The notes beneath the pieces are model-generated. The model did not search any database. It was given only the letters and a program-made list of their open reading frames with translations, and was not told where the DNA came from. A DNA stretch of 64,000 bases, taken from IMG/VR virus record IMGVR_UViG_3300023174_009221; one strand, given 5' to 3'. Origin of the DNA: a virus. Both the position numbers and the translations under genes were made by a program. Of the stretch, positions 49,343 to 59,992 are shown piece after piece (position 1 is the first letter of the stretch; the number at the start of each line of letters is the position of its first letter).

Positions 49343-49424
49343 AGGAATTAAAGATGCTTAGTCAGAGTAGAGAAGAGTTGGAATTCGCATAGGTATTTAT
49401 CCTGGTTAGAAAAAAAAGGTATAG

Positions 49425-50285
49425 ATGAAGAAACTAAAAAAATATAGCATATTTCTAGAGTCTTTTCGAAAAGACACAGCAGTTTCGCGTGAATATTCTA
49501 TATTTGATTGGTTTGAGGATTTGAAAAGAGATAATTGGAATGCTTCAAATATTGAAAGACATAAAATATGGACTGAACATTTTATTGGCGAGGGTTGGTG
49601 GGATAAAATCACATCACATGTTGATAAAATATTTAAAGCTTTATCAGAAGTAAATATTAGACACATCAAAGATGCTATGCTAGAAGTTTTTGATACTCTA
49701 CCAGAACAAAAAAGTAGAAATATTTATACCGCCATTTTAAATGGAGACTATGAAAGAATTGATGATTCTAATAATTTTAAATTCAACGGCACTATGCCAA
49801 TTATGGATTTAAATGATAAAAATAGAAAAGATTATGTAATCATAAGTATTCTAATATCAATGGTCCATCCAACCCTTTACTATTCTCGTTTCAAAGAAGA
49901 TGCGGTATTAAGAGATACTAAAGAAAGTGAATATGTAACTGACCAGAGATGGCAATGTCAGAATTTTGACTTTGAACAATTTCATAAAACAGGACATCTT
50001 AGAGACTATGAATTTAGTAAAGTTCAAAAGTATTCACCTAAAAATGTCCTTTCAATGTATAGACCAGGTATAGTTATAAACATTGGTGGATGGGGTTCTG
50101 ATTCAAGATACACTGGTGAAATGTATTTAGATGATTTAGAAGCTGCACTAGACGCGGTAATTGAGGTTGTAGAATCAGAGGTTGATTACGAAGAAGTTAT
50201 TTGGCCATATACAAGAGGTGAGAGACATTATGACACATCAAAACCTATATATGAATATGATTTAAAAATATTACTTAAAATGTGA
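49425..50285 (+). CDS. Hypothetical protein with capsid leader
   Basis: MKKLKKYSIFLES. Confidence 0.72.
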   Translation: MKKLKKYSIFLESFRKDTAVSREYSIFDWFEDLKRDNWNASNIERHKIWTEHFIGEGWWDKITSHVDKIFKALSEVNIRHIKDAMLEVFDTLPEQKSRNIYTAILNGDYERIDDSNNFKFNGTMPIMDLNDKNRKDYVIISILISMVHPTLYYSRFKEDAVLRDTKESEYVTDQRWQCQNFDFEQFHKTGHLRDYEFSKVQKYSPKNVLSMYRPGIVINIGGWGSDSRYTGEMYLDDLEAALDAVIEVVESEVDYEEVIWPYTRGERHYDTSKPIYEYDLKILLKM

Positions 50286-51025
50286 TGAAGTATATAAAGT
50301 CATATAAATTATTTGAATCTGTTAGTAAAATACAGTTTCCAACATATACAGAGTTACATGATTTCTTTATAGAGTTAGAAGATGATGAGATAACTAAATT
50401 TAACTATAATAGTAGTGCCGAATCGCTCAGCAAATTCATTGACGGTGGATATCTTTTCTTTCCACAAAGATGGGATAGAACTATTCAATCACAACTCTAC
50501 TTTGATATGTCTTTTAGAGAAGACTATTTAAATCATAAACCAAAAGAACTAATGGGTGAAACTTGGAGTGAATTTTTTTTGGATCCTCTGACTTTTCCCG
50601 ATAAAAAATTCCTTAGAAGAAGAACTGAATGTATACATTTGGACGATGTAGAACAAAGTGTGACAAATGTAAAACAGCTAGGCCGAAAAGAAAAAACCTT
50701 CAAAGAATTATTTATAGAAGAAATTGAAAAAGGTAATATAAAAGCTTATCCTTTTATTTATATGACATTTGATATATTTCTACCAAAACATTTAGACAGG
50801 GTTATAGAAAGACTAGAAATGGTTTATGAATCAACTGGTTTTAGACCACTTTATGGATTCTGGGAAGAAGATTATGTAGATGAAAATAACGATGGTGTGG
50901 TCACTTTTATAAACTCAAACTTGTGTTTGGTAAATGTTTCGGATGAAGAATATAAAAATCTTATTAAGATATTTGATGATCATAATGTTGATAAACAAGT
51001 AACGAAACATTTTTTAAATCAATGA
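50285..51025 (+). CDS. Hypothetical protein with capsid leader
   Basis: MKYIKSYKLFES; ATG overlaps the upstream stop. Confidence 0.72.
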   Translation: MKYIKSYKLFESVSKIQFPTYTELHDFFIELEDDEITKFNYNSSAESLSKFIDGGYLFFPQRWDRTIQSQLYFDMSFREDYLNHKPKELMGETWSEFFLDPLTFPDKKFLRRRTECIHLDDVEQSVTNVKQLGRKEKTFKELFIEEIEKGNIKAYPFIYMTFDIFLPKHLDRVIERLEMVYESTGFRPLYGFWEEDYVDENNDGVVTFINSNLCLVNVSDEEYKNLIKIFDDHNVDKQVTKHFLNQ

Positions 51026-51182
51026 TGTAATCTCTATATTTATACCAATAGAGAAAGAAGAATTACCTTTAATTATAGTGAATTTCTACAATAATTATCT
51101 TAAATATAAACAACTTTATTAATATAAACGAATATAATCTTTATCAGTTAAATGACTGAATATTAAAAAATAAAAAGCAATT

Positions 51183-52154
51183 ATGGCAAATGATGAAATG
51201 GATGACCTATTTAATGGCGGCTTAGACAGCAAAATGAGTTTTTTGAACGAACAAAAAACAACAACAAACAACGACGGTATCTACCGAGTTGACCTTTCAA
51301 AATGTAAGGATAAAAAAAGAGGTTGGAGATCTGTGGTAAGATTATTACCAAATCTAACAAAAGAGGGCAAAGTAGGAGAAAGCGCAATCGAGAAAGTGAC
51401 ACACTATGTCGATATCAAAAACTCTAAAGAGTTGAGCGGATGGTTTGATAGTCCTAAAAACTTCAACGAAAAATGTCCACTTACAGACCTTTACTACACT
51501 ATGCAGAATTCTAAAAATGCAATTCTTATGGAAAAGTCAAAAATGTTGAAGTATTCTAAAAAATACTACTCTTATGTTTTGGTTTTGGAAGACGAACAAC
51601 AACCAGAATTAGTCGGTAAAATTATGATTTTCCAATATGGAAAAACTATCAAAGACAAAATCATGGCTGAGAAAAACGGAGAAATCTCTGGAGTTCCTTG
51701 TAATGTATTTGATCTTTCAGCTGGTAAAGATTTTGTTCTTGTAGTTAAAGAAATTCAAACCGGTGACGAGACTTACCCAGACTATAAAATGAGTATGTTT
51801 AAGCCAGAAACTTCTTCACTTCCTATCTACTTTAAAGAAAAGTCAGTTTTCAAAAATGCACCACTTGTAGATGGAAAAATTGAATCTTCTGTTCAGGCTA
51901 AAATCAAAGAATTTTTACTTGATAGAGACCACGATTTAGAAGAATTTTCAGCTAAAAAACTTACCGAAGAACAACAAGCTAAAATTACCGAGATTACAAA
52001 CTATTTGACCGGTAAAGCTTCTTCGTCTTTTTCAGGTTCAAAATCTGAATCTAAACCAACTCAAGATGATTTTGATTTTGAAGACAATTTCTCATCTTCT
52101 AATCAAAATCCGGCTGTAGAAAGTGAAGAAGATGACTTTTTTGGTGACTTTTAA
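51183..52154 (+). CDS. Single-stranded DNA-binding protein (T4 gp32-like)
   Basis: VRLLP, CPL, YVLVLEDEQQPELVGKIMIFQYGKTI, GKDF, YPDYKMS, acidic tail EDDFFGDF. Confidence 0.88.
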   Translation: MANDEMDDLFNGGLDSKMSFLNEQKTTTNNDGIYRVDLSKCKDKKRGWRSVVRLLPNLTKEGKVGESAIEKVTHYVDIKNSKELSGWFDSPKNFNEKCPLTDLYYTMQNSKNAILMEKSKMLKYSKKYYSYVLVLEDEQQPELVGKIMIFQYGKTIKDKIMAEKNGEISGVPCNVFDLSAGKDFVLVVKEIQTGDETYPDYKMSMFKPETSSLPIYFKEKSVFKNAPLVDGKIESSVQAKIKEFLLDRDHDLEEFSAKKLTEEQQAKITEITNYLTGKASSSFSGSKSESKPTQDDFDFEDNFSSSNQNPAVESEEDDFFGDF

Positions 52155-52179
52155 TTAGCCAAAAAAAAACAACATCGAC

Positions 52180-52210
52180 GAAATCCCACAAATTTTTTGT
52201 GGGATTTTTT
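52180..52210 (+). terminator. Intrinsic terminator after SSB
   Basis: AAATCCCACAAA-loop-TTTGTGGGATTT-TTT. Confidence 0.75.
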
Positions 52211-52268
52211 GTTAATAAACAACAAATCGGGTTTATATAATATAACCTATAAATAATTTCCAAAGAAA

Positions 52269-53162
52269 ATGAATTTAGCAAATAAGACTTTTAAGAACAT
52301 CAAAACTGGTGAAGTTATCAAAGTTATAGATTCTTTTGAAGATATAGCAATTCTTGAAAATAAAAAAAAGATGAGCGTCACAGAACTGATAAACTCAAAT
52401 CTTTTTACAGAAGAAATTGATCCTAACAACTTTTTCAACAATCAAAATTCGTATAACCTTTTGGCCGATAAGATAAAAAATATACCAACTGATATGATAA
52501 AAGATGAAGACGGAACGACTCCAATTTCAACAAATATTTACGATGATAACTTCAAACCACTAACTAATGAAAGCGCAATTATCTATTCTTCTGAAGAAGA
52601 TGAAAAAGAAGAACTAATTAGAAAATACAGTCTTAAAGAAGGTTCCACACAACAAGTTAATAGACAAAATGAAGTATTTCAAAAAATATTAGAAGAAGAC
52701 AGACAATCCGACATAAAATCAGAACCGGTCAAATATCAACCACCGGTTTTACAACAAACAGAAGACCCTATTATTTCAATGTTTAAAAGGGCAAAAAAGA
52801 GTGTTGAGTTTAGTATGTCGATAAGTATTGAAAATAAAATACCAAGACTTGATTTTATTGAAATGATGGAGGATTCTTATGATATCTCTATGATTGATTT
52901 TTTAGCCGATGAGTTTACAAAAGAAATCTTACTTGATCCTAAGTTCATTCAACAACAAATTAAAAATAAAATCACAGAAATGGTTTATAGTAAACCAAAA
53001 TCAGATTCACAAATTACAGACTCAGTCACTACTTCTTATGAAAATGTAGTAAATTCACAAATCACAGATTCGGTGACTACTGTAAATACCAACACAGAAA
53101 AAAAACCTACCCCAAAGCCTAGAACTACAAGGGCAAAAAAACAACCGGTGTCAAATGATTGA
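52269..53162 (+). CDS. Hypothetical protein with duplicated SQITDSVTT motif
   Basis: 297-aa ORF; repeat at 53007-53081. Confidence 0.72.
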   Translation: MNLANKTFKNIKTGEVIKVIDSFEDIAILENKKKMSVTELINSNLFTEEIDPNNFFNNQNSYNLLADKIKNIPTDMIKDEDGTTPISTNIYDDNFKPLTNESAIIYSSEEDEKEELIRKYSLKEGSTQQVNRQNEVFQKILEEDRQSDIKSEPVKYQPPVLQQTEDPIISMFKRAKKSVEFSMSISIENKIPRLDFIEMMEDSYDISMIDFLADEFTKEILLDPKFIQQQIKNKITEMVYSKPKSDSQITDSVTTSYENVVNSQITDSVTTVNTNTEKKPTPKPRTTRAKKQPVSND

Positions 53163-53547
53163 TGAGAATTTTATTCAAGCTGCTATAAAAATAAGAAGAC
53201 AATATCTAAAACTTATTAATAACCTAAATTTTTATAAAACACAAGCAAATAAAGTGCTTTCTAATCTACAGGATATAATTGAAAAATTAGAAAACATATC
53301 AAAAAATGTTGATTCGGACCCAAATTCAGAAGCCACGTCAGCAAAATTAGTTGAAGTACTTAAAGATCTTGAAAAAGAAGGAAATCAAGTAAATCAATTA
53401 ATTGACCCTCTCAACACAGAAATTGAAAAATTAGCCATTGAAGAAAAAGAGCTTTGGAACAAAATCAAAGAAAAACACTCAAATATATCAGATAATCAAA
53501 TTATTGAGTATGTAAAATTGCGACTTGCTGAGCAAAATCTTCAATAA
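53155..53547 (+). CDS. Coiled-coil hypothetical protein
   Basis: 130 aa, heptad pattern. Confidence 0.7.
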   Translation: MIDENFIQAAIKIRRQYLKLINNLNFYKTQANKVLSNLQDIIEKLENISKNVDSDPNSEATSAKLVEVLKDLEKEGNQVNQLIDPLNTEIEKLAIEEKELWNKIKEKHSNISDNQIIEYVKLRLAEQNLQ

Positions 53548-53590
53548 TAGAAACGGATTCAAATTTTATATATAAAATAAAAATCTATTA

Positions 53591-55732
53591 ATGGCTAAAT
53601 TATCAAAATTTGTTAAAGTTGATAAAAACGTCCTGTTAGAATTCGTTTATGACGAAGATAATAATATAAGTGAGTCTTATGAGATTTTAGTCAACTCAAA
53701 AGAAAGAAGACAATCGTATTTAGCCAATCCTAATTCAGCAACAAATAATATTCAGGGCAATTCCCTTTTTGCATTAGATAAATTGTCTAATAAATTCGGA
53801 AAAATAAACACCTCTCAATATAGTTTTTTACAAATAAAAAATTACTCATCAACCGCTCCTATCAGACATGATAGGCTGGTGATACACTTACCTATCAATT
53901 GGACATTTGGTGAGTATCTTGGATGCTATGTCAGAATTTATACATTTGATACACTAAATCAGAAAACCTATGATTTAAGTAACTATTATTTCGATATGAG
54001 TGACTCGGCTCAGGCATATCTGTTAAACTTTACATCACCTCCTCTGCTTTTTCAAGAAAAACTTTGGGGCAAAAGCCTCACAATAGATTTTCCAGCAGCC
54101 TCGGCATTATCACAACAAAGAACAGGTAGTCTACCAAAAGTAAATTCAATAAATGCCAATTTGACATCAGGTTCAGGTGTGAGTTTAACATCACCGGTAT
54201 TTATAGATTTTCACTTTATTCTTAACTTACAGACTATAAACGCGGTCACTACCTATACGCTTTCTGCCCCAACAACCGTTTCAATACCACAAACCCCAGA
54301 ATTTGAAAATTTAGGCCTTAAAATACAACACTCATCTAACGGTGATTACTTTGAAATTTTTGGAACTTATAACGGAAATATTGCCGAATTCAAGCAATTT
54401 ATTGACGATTCTGTCTATACCGGCCACCGATATTATGTAATCTATCAAATAACGACATTTGAACAAAACATCAGGGGAAAAACACTGACAGTTGAAGTTA
54501 AAGAAAGCTTTAACGAAACTGTTGATTTTAGACCAATAATTAAATTTTCCACGACTACAGCGATTATTGATGTAGAAATGAGGTTAATTGACTCAGTTGA
54601 TGATAGTTATATCACTCGTAGGGCGACTTATGGAATGCTACAAGACGAAGTTTCAAGATACGCCTTAAAGCTTATTAAAATCAACCTTAAAAATGCAAAC
54701 AAACCTAAAATCTATAATATCAAAAACGCTATTGACCCAAGTTTAGTAGGATTTTCAAACTCAATGGGTAAATTAAATCTTAGTAGAAGGCTACCACCAA
54801 TACCTATGTCGTTACCGGTAACAACAAACTCTGTATTATCGGGTAATAGTCAATTGGTAAGTAACCCAGTTGATACTTCTACCGGTCTAATTACAAACGC
54901 TACGTCAATGATATCACCAACAACTCTCACTGCAAATCCCGGTCTTTCAGTTGGTCAATCTGAATTAGCCTCAACCATGATTGACTTACAAAATACAACA
55001 CCGGCCTCTGGAACAACTATACAACAAATTCAAGTTGATAGACCAATTCTATATGATAGAGCCAATATTGTAACAAAATCAGGAACAGGTCCACTGACCA
55101 GTGGTTCAGAAAAGTATTTTCCAGAAGGCACTCTTAAAATTACAATCAGATCAGTTGGTGACACTATTCTTAAATTTGACATCGCAAGAGATGTCAACGG
55201 AGGGGGCGGAAATTCTCAAAAAGTAGATATATTTAATTTATCAGGATTCACTGATATAAGTTTTGTAATCAAAAACGATAGTAAAGAAGTAAATATTCCA
55301 GTAACAACAGAATTAGGAATAGATTCCGTTAATCTTAAACAAGGTAAAATAACTTTCAAGATTCCAGAATCTAGATATCAGGAAATTAAATCAATCTGGT
55401 CACAAGGAAACAAAATGTTTTACATAACAGCAAAATCAGCAGGTAGTAGGTTTTCTATTTACTCAGGACTTTATGAAGTCTCTGATAGCCCACAACAACA
55501 GCAACAACTAGAACAAACATCTCAACAAATTTCAAATAACCCAACTTCAACGGCGTCTGGTCAAACTGCGACAGCTGCTGGAACGATTTCATTAGATCCG
55601 GGTATTTCAGCCCCAAGTACCGTAGTCGATACCAGTGGAACTACCGCAAAAGTGCCAGCAAAAGAACAGGCACCTACTCCGAAACCTACCGGAAATAAAG
55701 ATTATCTTGATAAATCAAATAAAGTTCAATGA
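53591..55732 (+). CDS. Large putative virion structural protein
   Basis: 713 aa, beta-rich with S/T/P/Q low-complexity linkers; TATATATA upstream. Confidence 0.6.
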   Translation: MAKLSKFVKVDKNVLLEFVYDEDNNISESYEILVNSKERRQSYLANPNSATNNIQGNSLFALDKLSNKFGKINTSQYSFLQIKNYSSTAPIRHDRLVIHLPINWTFGEYLGCYVRIYTFDTLNQKTYDLSNYYFDMSDSAQAYLLNFTSPPLLFQEKLWGKSLTIDFPAASALSQQRTGSLPKVNSINANLTSGSGVSLTSPVFIDFHFILNLQTINAVTTYTLSAPTTVSIPQTPEFENLGLKIQHSSNGDYFEIFGTYNGNIAEFKQFIDDSVYTGHRYYVIYQITTFEQNIRGKTLTVEVKESFNETVDFRPIIKFSTTTAIIDVEMRLIDSVDDSYITRRATYGMLQDEVSRYALKLIKINLKNANKPKIYNIKNAIDPSLVGFSNSMGKLNLSRRLPPIPMSLPVTTNSVLSGNSQLVSNPVDTSTGLITNATSMISPTTLTANPGLSVGQSELASTMIDLQNTTPASGTTIQQIQVDRPILYDRANIVTKSGTGPLTSGSEKYFPEGTLKITIRSVGDTILKFDIARDVNGGGGNSQKVDIFNLSGFTDISFVIKNDSKEVNIPVTTELGIDSVNLKQGKITFKIPESRYQEIKSIWSQGNKMFYITAKSAGSRFSIYSGLYEVSDSPQQQQQLEQTSQQISNNPTSTASGQTATAAGTISLDPGISAPSTVVDTSGTTAKVPAKEQAPTPKPTGNKDYLDKSNKVQ

Positions 55733-56328
55733 GATTAAATAGTCAATCGTCACAGTTCATTTTTAACCTACCAAGTGATTTTCTACCAAGAGAAATAATA
55801 GAAAGTTACAATCCAATACTTGAAAAGAACTGGATTCAATATGAAGATATCATATCGTATTTAAATTCGACGATAAAAAGTGTCAATTTTCCAGGTCTTT
55901 CTTTTGATATGCCAAAACAAATTTTAATGAGAGGCAAAGAAAGGCAATATAAACCGGCTAAAAACCCTCAAGACATCACAACATCTCACGACCTAACAGT
56001 GACTTTTAGAAGCGTGGATTCTGACTTGAATTACTGGTTGATGTTTGATATTATCACAAAACACTATTTAGATGTTGTAAATTTATTTGTCTATCCATTT
56101 TCTATCACTTGCGTGGATATTCACCGAGATGCTATTTATGTAATTAGATTTTATGAGATTATATTAAAAGCTATGTCTGAAAACACATTTAATTACTCGA
56201 TGCAAAAAATATCGTCTAAGGAATTTAACATCACTTTTCACTTTAATTTTTATGATATCGAATTCCTGCTAGATCAAAGCAAAGTTATATCTCTAAAAGA
56301 AACTCCGATTATAATTCAGAGGATTTAA
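55729..56328 (+). CDS. Tail tube-like / baseplate tube-initiator protein
   Basis: IKSVNFPGLS...DLTVTF...FNITFHF pattern resembling gp19/gp54/gp3-fold proteins. Confidence 0.5.
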   Translation: MRLNSQSSQFIFNLPSDFLPREIIESYNPILEKNWIQYEDIISYLNSTIKSVNFPGLSFDMPKQILMRGKERQYKPAKNPQDITTSHDLTVTFRSVDSDLNYWLMFDIITKHYLDVVNLFVYPFSITCVDIHRDAIYVIRFYEIILKAMSENTFNYSMQKISSKEFNITFHFNFYDIEFLLDQSKVISLKETPIIIQRI

Positions 56329-57191
56329 TTAAAATCTTTGATGATTTCTACTAATTTTTCCGCTCTTTTAAGATAGGTATGATCTTTCTTGGCTCTATTA
56401 TATCCAGCTTCGGCAATAATCATTCGTTCATTATCATTTAAGAGATAGTATTTAATTTTTTCATCTAGCTCTGTCAAATTTCTATAAACGACTATTTCTT
56501 TGTCTATCTCAAAAAGATTTTCAATACCAGGAGTCCAGTTGGTGACAAGTAAAGTTTTACATCCACAAGTTTCAAATGTCCTATAATTTATATCGTCAGC
56601 TATATTACAATTCAGATGTATTTTATAAGAGTTTATAGCCCGGACCATATCATCACCTATTACAAAAATATCCTTTTTTATATTATATTTATCGAGTGAA
56701 TCAATAACATGACCTCTATTAAGAATGTTGCCACAGAAACCAACATCGACTGTTTTCTCGATGGTCATCGGATACATCAAATCATCTGGATATGAATTAG
56801 GAAACCAATAAGATTTTTTACATAAATTTTCAAAATACGGCAAATACCGCTGTGTTGAATTGAGGTGTATATCTATATTTAACAGCTGGCAAAGTTGTAA
56901 ATGTTGTTGTAAGACGCAATGGCTATCAATGGACCAAAATATTTTTATTTTTTTACTTTCTGAGATTTCTTTTAATGGCATCCAACTCGAGGTGTAGTTT
57001 TCTATAATAAAGATAACATCTGCCCATTTTTCTATCTCAAAAAATGGTGTGTTGAATTCATCATAGTTTAGACCCCATACTTTAGACTCAACGCCATCAA
57101 TTTTAGATAGAGACCTGTGTAGATTTAGAGATTCTCTAAAATTTTTATTTTTCTCATGCCTTCCGGCTTCCTGTATTATTACTATTTTCAT
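56325..57191 (-). CDS. CgeB / Glyco_trans_1_2 glycosyltransferase
   Basis: SYKIHLN, NYRTFE, IAEAGYNRAKKDHTY..RA. Confidence 0.85.
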   Translation of the reverse strand: MKIVIIQEAGRHEKNKNFRESLNLHRSLSKIDGVESKVWGLNYDEFNTPFFEIEKWADVIFIIENYTSSWMPLKEISESKKIKIFWSIDSHCVLQQHLQLCQLLNIDIHLNSTQRYLPYFENLCKKSYWFPNSYPDDLMYPMTIEKTVDVGFCGNILNRGHVIDSLDKYNIKKDIFVIGDDMVRAINSYKIHLNCNIADDINYRTFETCGCKTLLVTNWTPGIENLFEIDKEIVVYRNLTELDEKIKYYLLNDNERMIIAEAGYNRAKKDHTYLKRAEKLVEIIKDFN

Positions 57192-57197
57192 TTTAAA

Positions 57198-57761
57198 TCA
57201 TTTATAAAGATATATAGTCACGTCATTTGGTAAATAGTCATGTCTTATGGCAAATTTATTAGATAATTGTTCAATTATTTCTATCAACTCACCTGTTGAG
57301 ACATACTTCATATCACTATCTTTCAGACCAGTTGTTAAATTTGACAAAAAGTTAATTGATAGACCCCTTTCACACATGCACCACATTTGTCTTATAATAT
57401 CGTCGGTATTTTGTTTCCAATTTTCATGGAAGCAAAAAATACCAGAAGCGATTATCCAATCAAATTTATCATTCATCTCGAACAAACTTTTTTGAAAGAA
57501 TTTTTTGTCTGGGTATTTTCTACTAGCTATGGTTATCGCACTTTCTCTGAGATCTATACCGGTATAATTTTCTATAAATACAGAGGCGTCTCCGTATCCA
57601 CAACCAACATCTAAAACAGAGTCTTCGACCTTAATACCTATTTCCAATAAAACTTCCAATCTTTTTGATTGTGAGTATAAACTACCCCATCCCAAAGATT
57701 TGACATCATCTGTATTGCCAAACTTTTTTTCATAAATGTTATTTAAAAAATTAGAATCCAT
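57198..57761 (-). CDS. Class I SAM-dependent methyltransferase
   Basis: SLGWGS, VLDVGCGYG, YTGID, IRHDY. Confidence 0.85.
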   Translation of the reverse strand: MDSNFLNNIYEKKFGNTDDVKSLGWGSLYSQSKRLEVLLEIGIKVEDSVLDVGCGYGDASVFIENYTGIDLRESAITIASRKYPDKKFFQKSLFEMNDKFDWIIASGIFCFHENWKQNTDDIIRQMWCMCERGLSINFLSNLTTGLKDSDMKYVSTGELIEIIEQLSNKFAIRHDYLPNDVTIYLYK

Positions 57762-58587
57762 TAATCAATACATCTTCTTTCTTGACACCATCATCATTGA
57801 AAATATATTTAACAATAGGCTCAATTAAATGGTAGTTATCACCAAATGGTCTAAGAAAATTACATAATACATATTTGTCATTTACCAACATATTTTGATC
57901 TATTGCCCACCAAGATCTATCAATCCAATATTTATGAATATCGACACCTCTTTCAATAAAGCAATATTGTTCTTCGTCTAAACCATGATTATGTAATAAT
58001 ACACGCCATAATGACTCATCTGAAAATCCTTTCCAGCCGGATAAATCGGGTATATTATCAATTGATTCTTTATGATCAAAGACTTTAATTCCACACCAAG
58101 ATTTAAATAAATCCTCATCAGATAGATTATGTGGATTTACAATTTTTTGAAACAGAAAAGATTCACCGGTGATATTACTTATCGGAAATTTACCTTCATC
58201 TGTCCCGTTGCCTTTATACACTTCTCTTCCAATAAACAATAGCTTACCAACTTCTCTTTTGGATAACCTATCAATTACAAAGTTTTGCTGCAAAGGTATA
58301 GTATCGATATCCTCAATCATACAAATTTCTTGTCCAAATCTACCAGCTAAGATGTGTCTTGCCATTTTAGCAAGATTTGGAGTAGGAATTCCATCAACAA
58401 TAGGAAATAAATGCACATCTCCGTATTTTTTTATCCTTTTTATTAAATCATCATCTTCGATTCTATCGGTAACAAAAGCTAAAGAAATTTTTACTTTCGG
58501 AAAATATTTCTCCCAAGATTTACAAACTATGGGCCAAAAGTCGATGAAGTGCGAATCATCAGAACTTACTATCACTCTGTCAAACAT
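57751..58587 (-). CDS. Glycosyltransferase-like / nucleotide-diphospho-sugar transferase
   Basis: FIDFWPIV, MIEDIDTIPL (DxD), SDE. Confidence 0.6.
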   Translation of the reverse strand: MFDRVIVSSDDSHFIDFWPIVCKSWEKYFPKVKISLAFVTDRIEDDDLIKRIKKYGDVHLFPIVDGIPTPNLAKMARHILAGRFGQEICMIEDIDTIPLQQNFVIDRLSKREVGKLLFIGREVYKGNGTDEGKFPISNITGESFLFQKIVNPHNLSDEDLFKSWCGIKVFDHKESIDNIPDLSGWKGFSDESLWRVLLHNHGLDEEQYCFIERGVDIHKYWIDRSWWAIDQNMLVNDKYVLCNFLRPFGDNYHLIEPIVKYIFNDDGVKKEDVLINGF

Positions 58588-58588
58588 T

Positions 58589-59155
58589 TTAAATTTTATT
58601 TTTTATTATATCAATTATAGGTTTTTTTATCATTTTGGTTTCTTGTTGAAATTCGACTTTTATATTATTAATATAAAATTTTTCTAATTCTAAATACTTT
58701 CTACCGGAAATACCGGATATGTAAGTTGTTGCTCCGTTTTTCAAACATATATCAACTAGTCTATCCGAGGACTTTAAAATAGTTGGCTCATCAAATACTA
58801 TATTAGTTTTTATTTGTAGAATATCTCTTATTTTGAGAATAATTTTAGAGTTAGTTTCTGACAAGTTATCACCGACGCAATCGTCAAACAAATCCAAAAC
58901 ATTTCTATATCCAGGTAACATATTTTTAATTCTTAACCAATCTTTTTCGTAGTTCAAATATAACTTTTCAGTGATTGGTTGAAGACCTTTATTGACAGAC
59001 ATAGTATACCATTTATCACCTATATTAAATCTATTTTGATAATTATTTTTTTCAAATTGACAATGTTTAAGAATAACAAAAGTATCAGAATCTTCCATTT
59101 TTTGAAAAAATGGATAATAAGGAAAAAAATTAGGCTGATGTATAGAGATTGTCAT
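58589..59155 (-). CDS. WbqC-like protein (start reassigned to ATG 59155)
   Basis: IHQPNFFPY..FF.KM, YQNR, RLVDIC...YISG..G..Y. Confidence 0.85.
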   Translation of the reverse strand: MTISIHQPNFFPYYPFFQKMEDSDTFVILKHCQFEKNNYQNRFNIGDKWYTMSVNKGLQPITEKLYLNYEKDWLRIKNMLPGYRNVLDLFDDCVGDNLSETNSKIILKIRDILQIKTNIVFDEPTILKSSDRLVDICLKNGATTYISGISGRKYLELEKFYINNIKVEFQQETKMIKKPIIDIIKNKI

Positions 59156-59159
59156 ATAT

Positions 59160-59990
59160 TTAAACTGTCTTATAAAAATCAATTAAACTATCAAATAGAT
59201 ACTCAGGTTCTATATCAGAAACGTTATCAGTTTCAAATACATATTTGTAATTTATACCCTTTTTTGTAAAAATATTATTTTCTGGAAATTTCTCTAAATC
59301 TGATTTTATACCATACATAAAAATAGGAGTCTTCTCAGAATTCATCACGTTTAAAAAAACTGAACCACTTACATTGTAAATTACAAATTTCGAAACAGCT
59401 TGAAGATTCAATTGTGTCTTAATATCCGGTCTGATTATATAATTGACTTTGGTTAAATCAGATTGAAAATTATCATTAAATAAAACCACATTTATTTCAA
59501 ATCCAACAAACTGTTTAATTATTTTTTCCAAAAAAATATTAAATTTATTTATGTTGTAGTTTCTGTGCTCATGAGTAGTGTGTATTCTTGGAAACAATGT
59601 AATAATATTTTCATTTTGATTCTTTTTTGTATTCAAAGGCGGATATTTTCCGAAATCACCAGTCAAATCTAGTTTAATATCAAGTGGATAATCATTGAAA
59701 ATTTTTCTTCTATGGTAAACATTGAAACCATCATTTTCATATTCACCTACTAATTTATTTATATCCTCATCTGACATTGTGTTAAGACTATCACTTCTAT
59801 CGAATTTAGAAAGGAACCACTCTGGAATTTCAACAAATTTGTCTACAAAATCCTCATAAAAAATTTTACTTTCTTTATACGAACAAACATATAAGGTTTC
59901 GAAATTACTTCTTAATTTTCTTAAAATACCCTGGAATGAAATTATCTCGTATCCAAATTCCCCAGTAAATAAAAAAAATGCTTTTTTCAT
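59160..59990 (-). CDS. Hypothetical glycosyltransferase-like protein
   Basis: GEFGYE, HRNY; glycan-cluster context. Confidence 0.55.
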   Translation of the reverse strand: MKKAFFLFTGEFGYEIISFQGILRKLRSNFETLYVCSYKESKIFYEDFVDKFVEIPEWFLSKFDRSDSLNTMSDEDINKLVGEYENDGFNVYHRRKIFNDYPLDIKLDLTGDFGKYPPLNTKKNQNENIITLFPRIHTTHEHRNYNINKFNIFLEKIIKQFVGFEINVVLFNDNFQSDLTKVNYIIRPDIKTQLNLQAVSKFVIYNVSGSVFLNVMNSEKTPIFMYGIKSDLEKFPENNIFTKKGINYKYVFETDNVSDIEPEYLFDSLIDFYKTV

Positions 59991-59992
59991 TT

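Noticed and set aside
49343-49424. Purine-rich intergenic stretch as a small gene
   Set aside because: Only very short frames and no leader or promoter motif; possibly a decayed fragment
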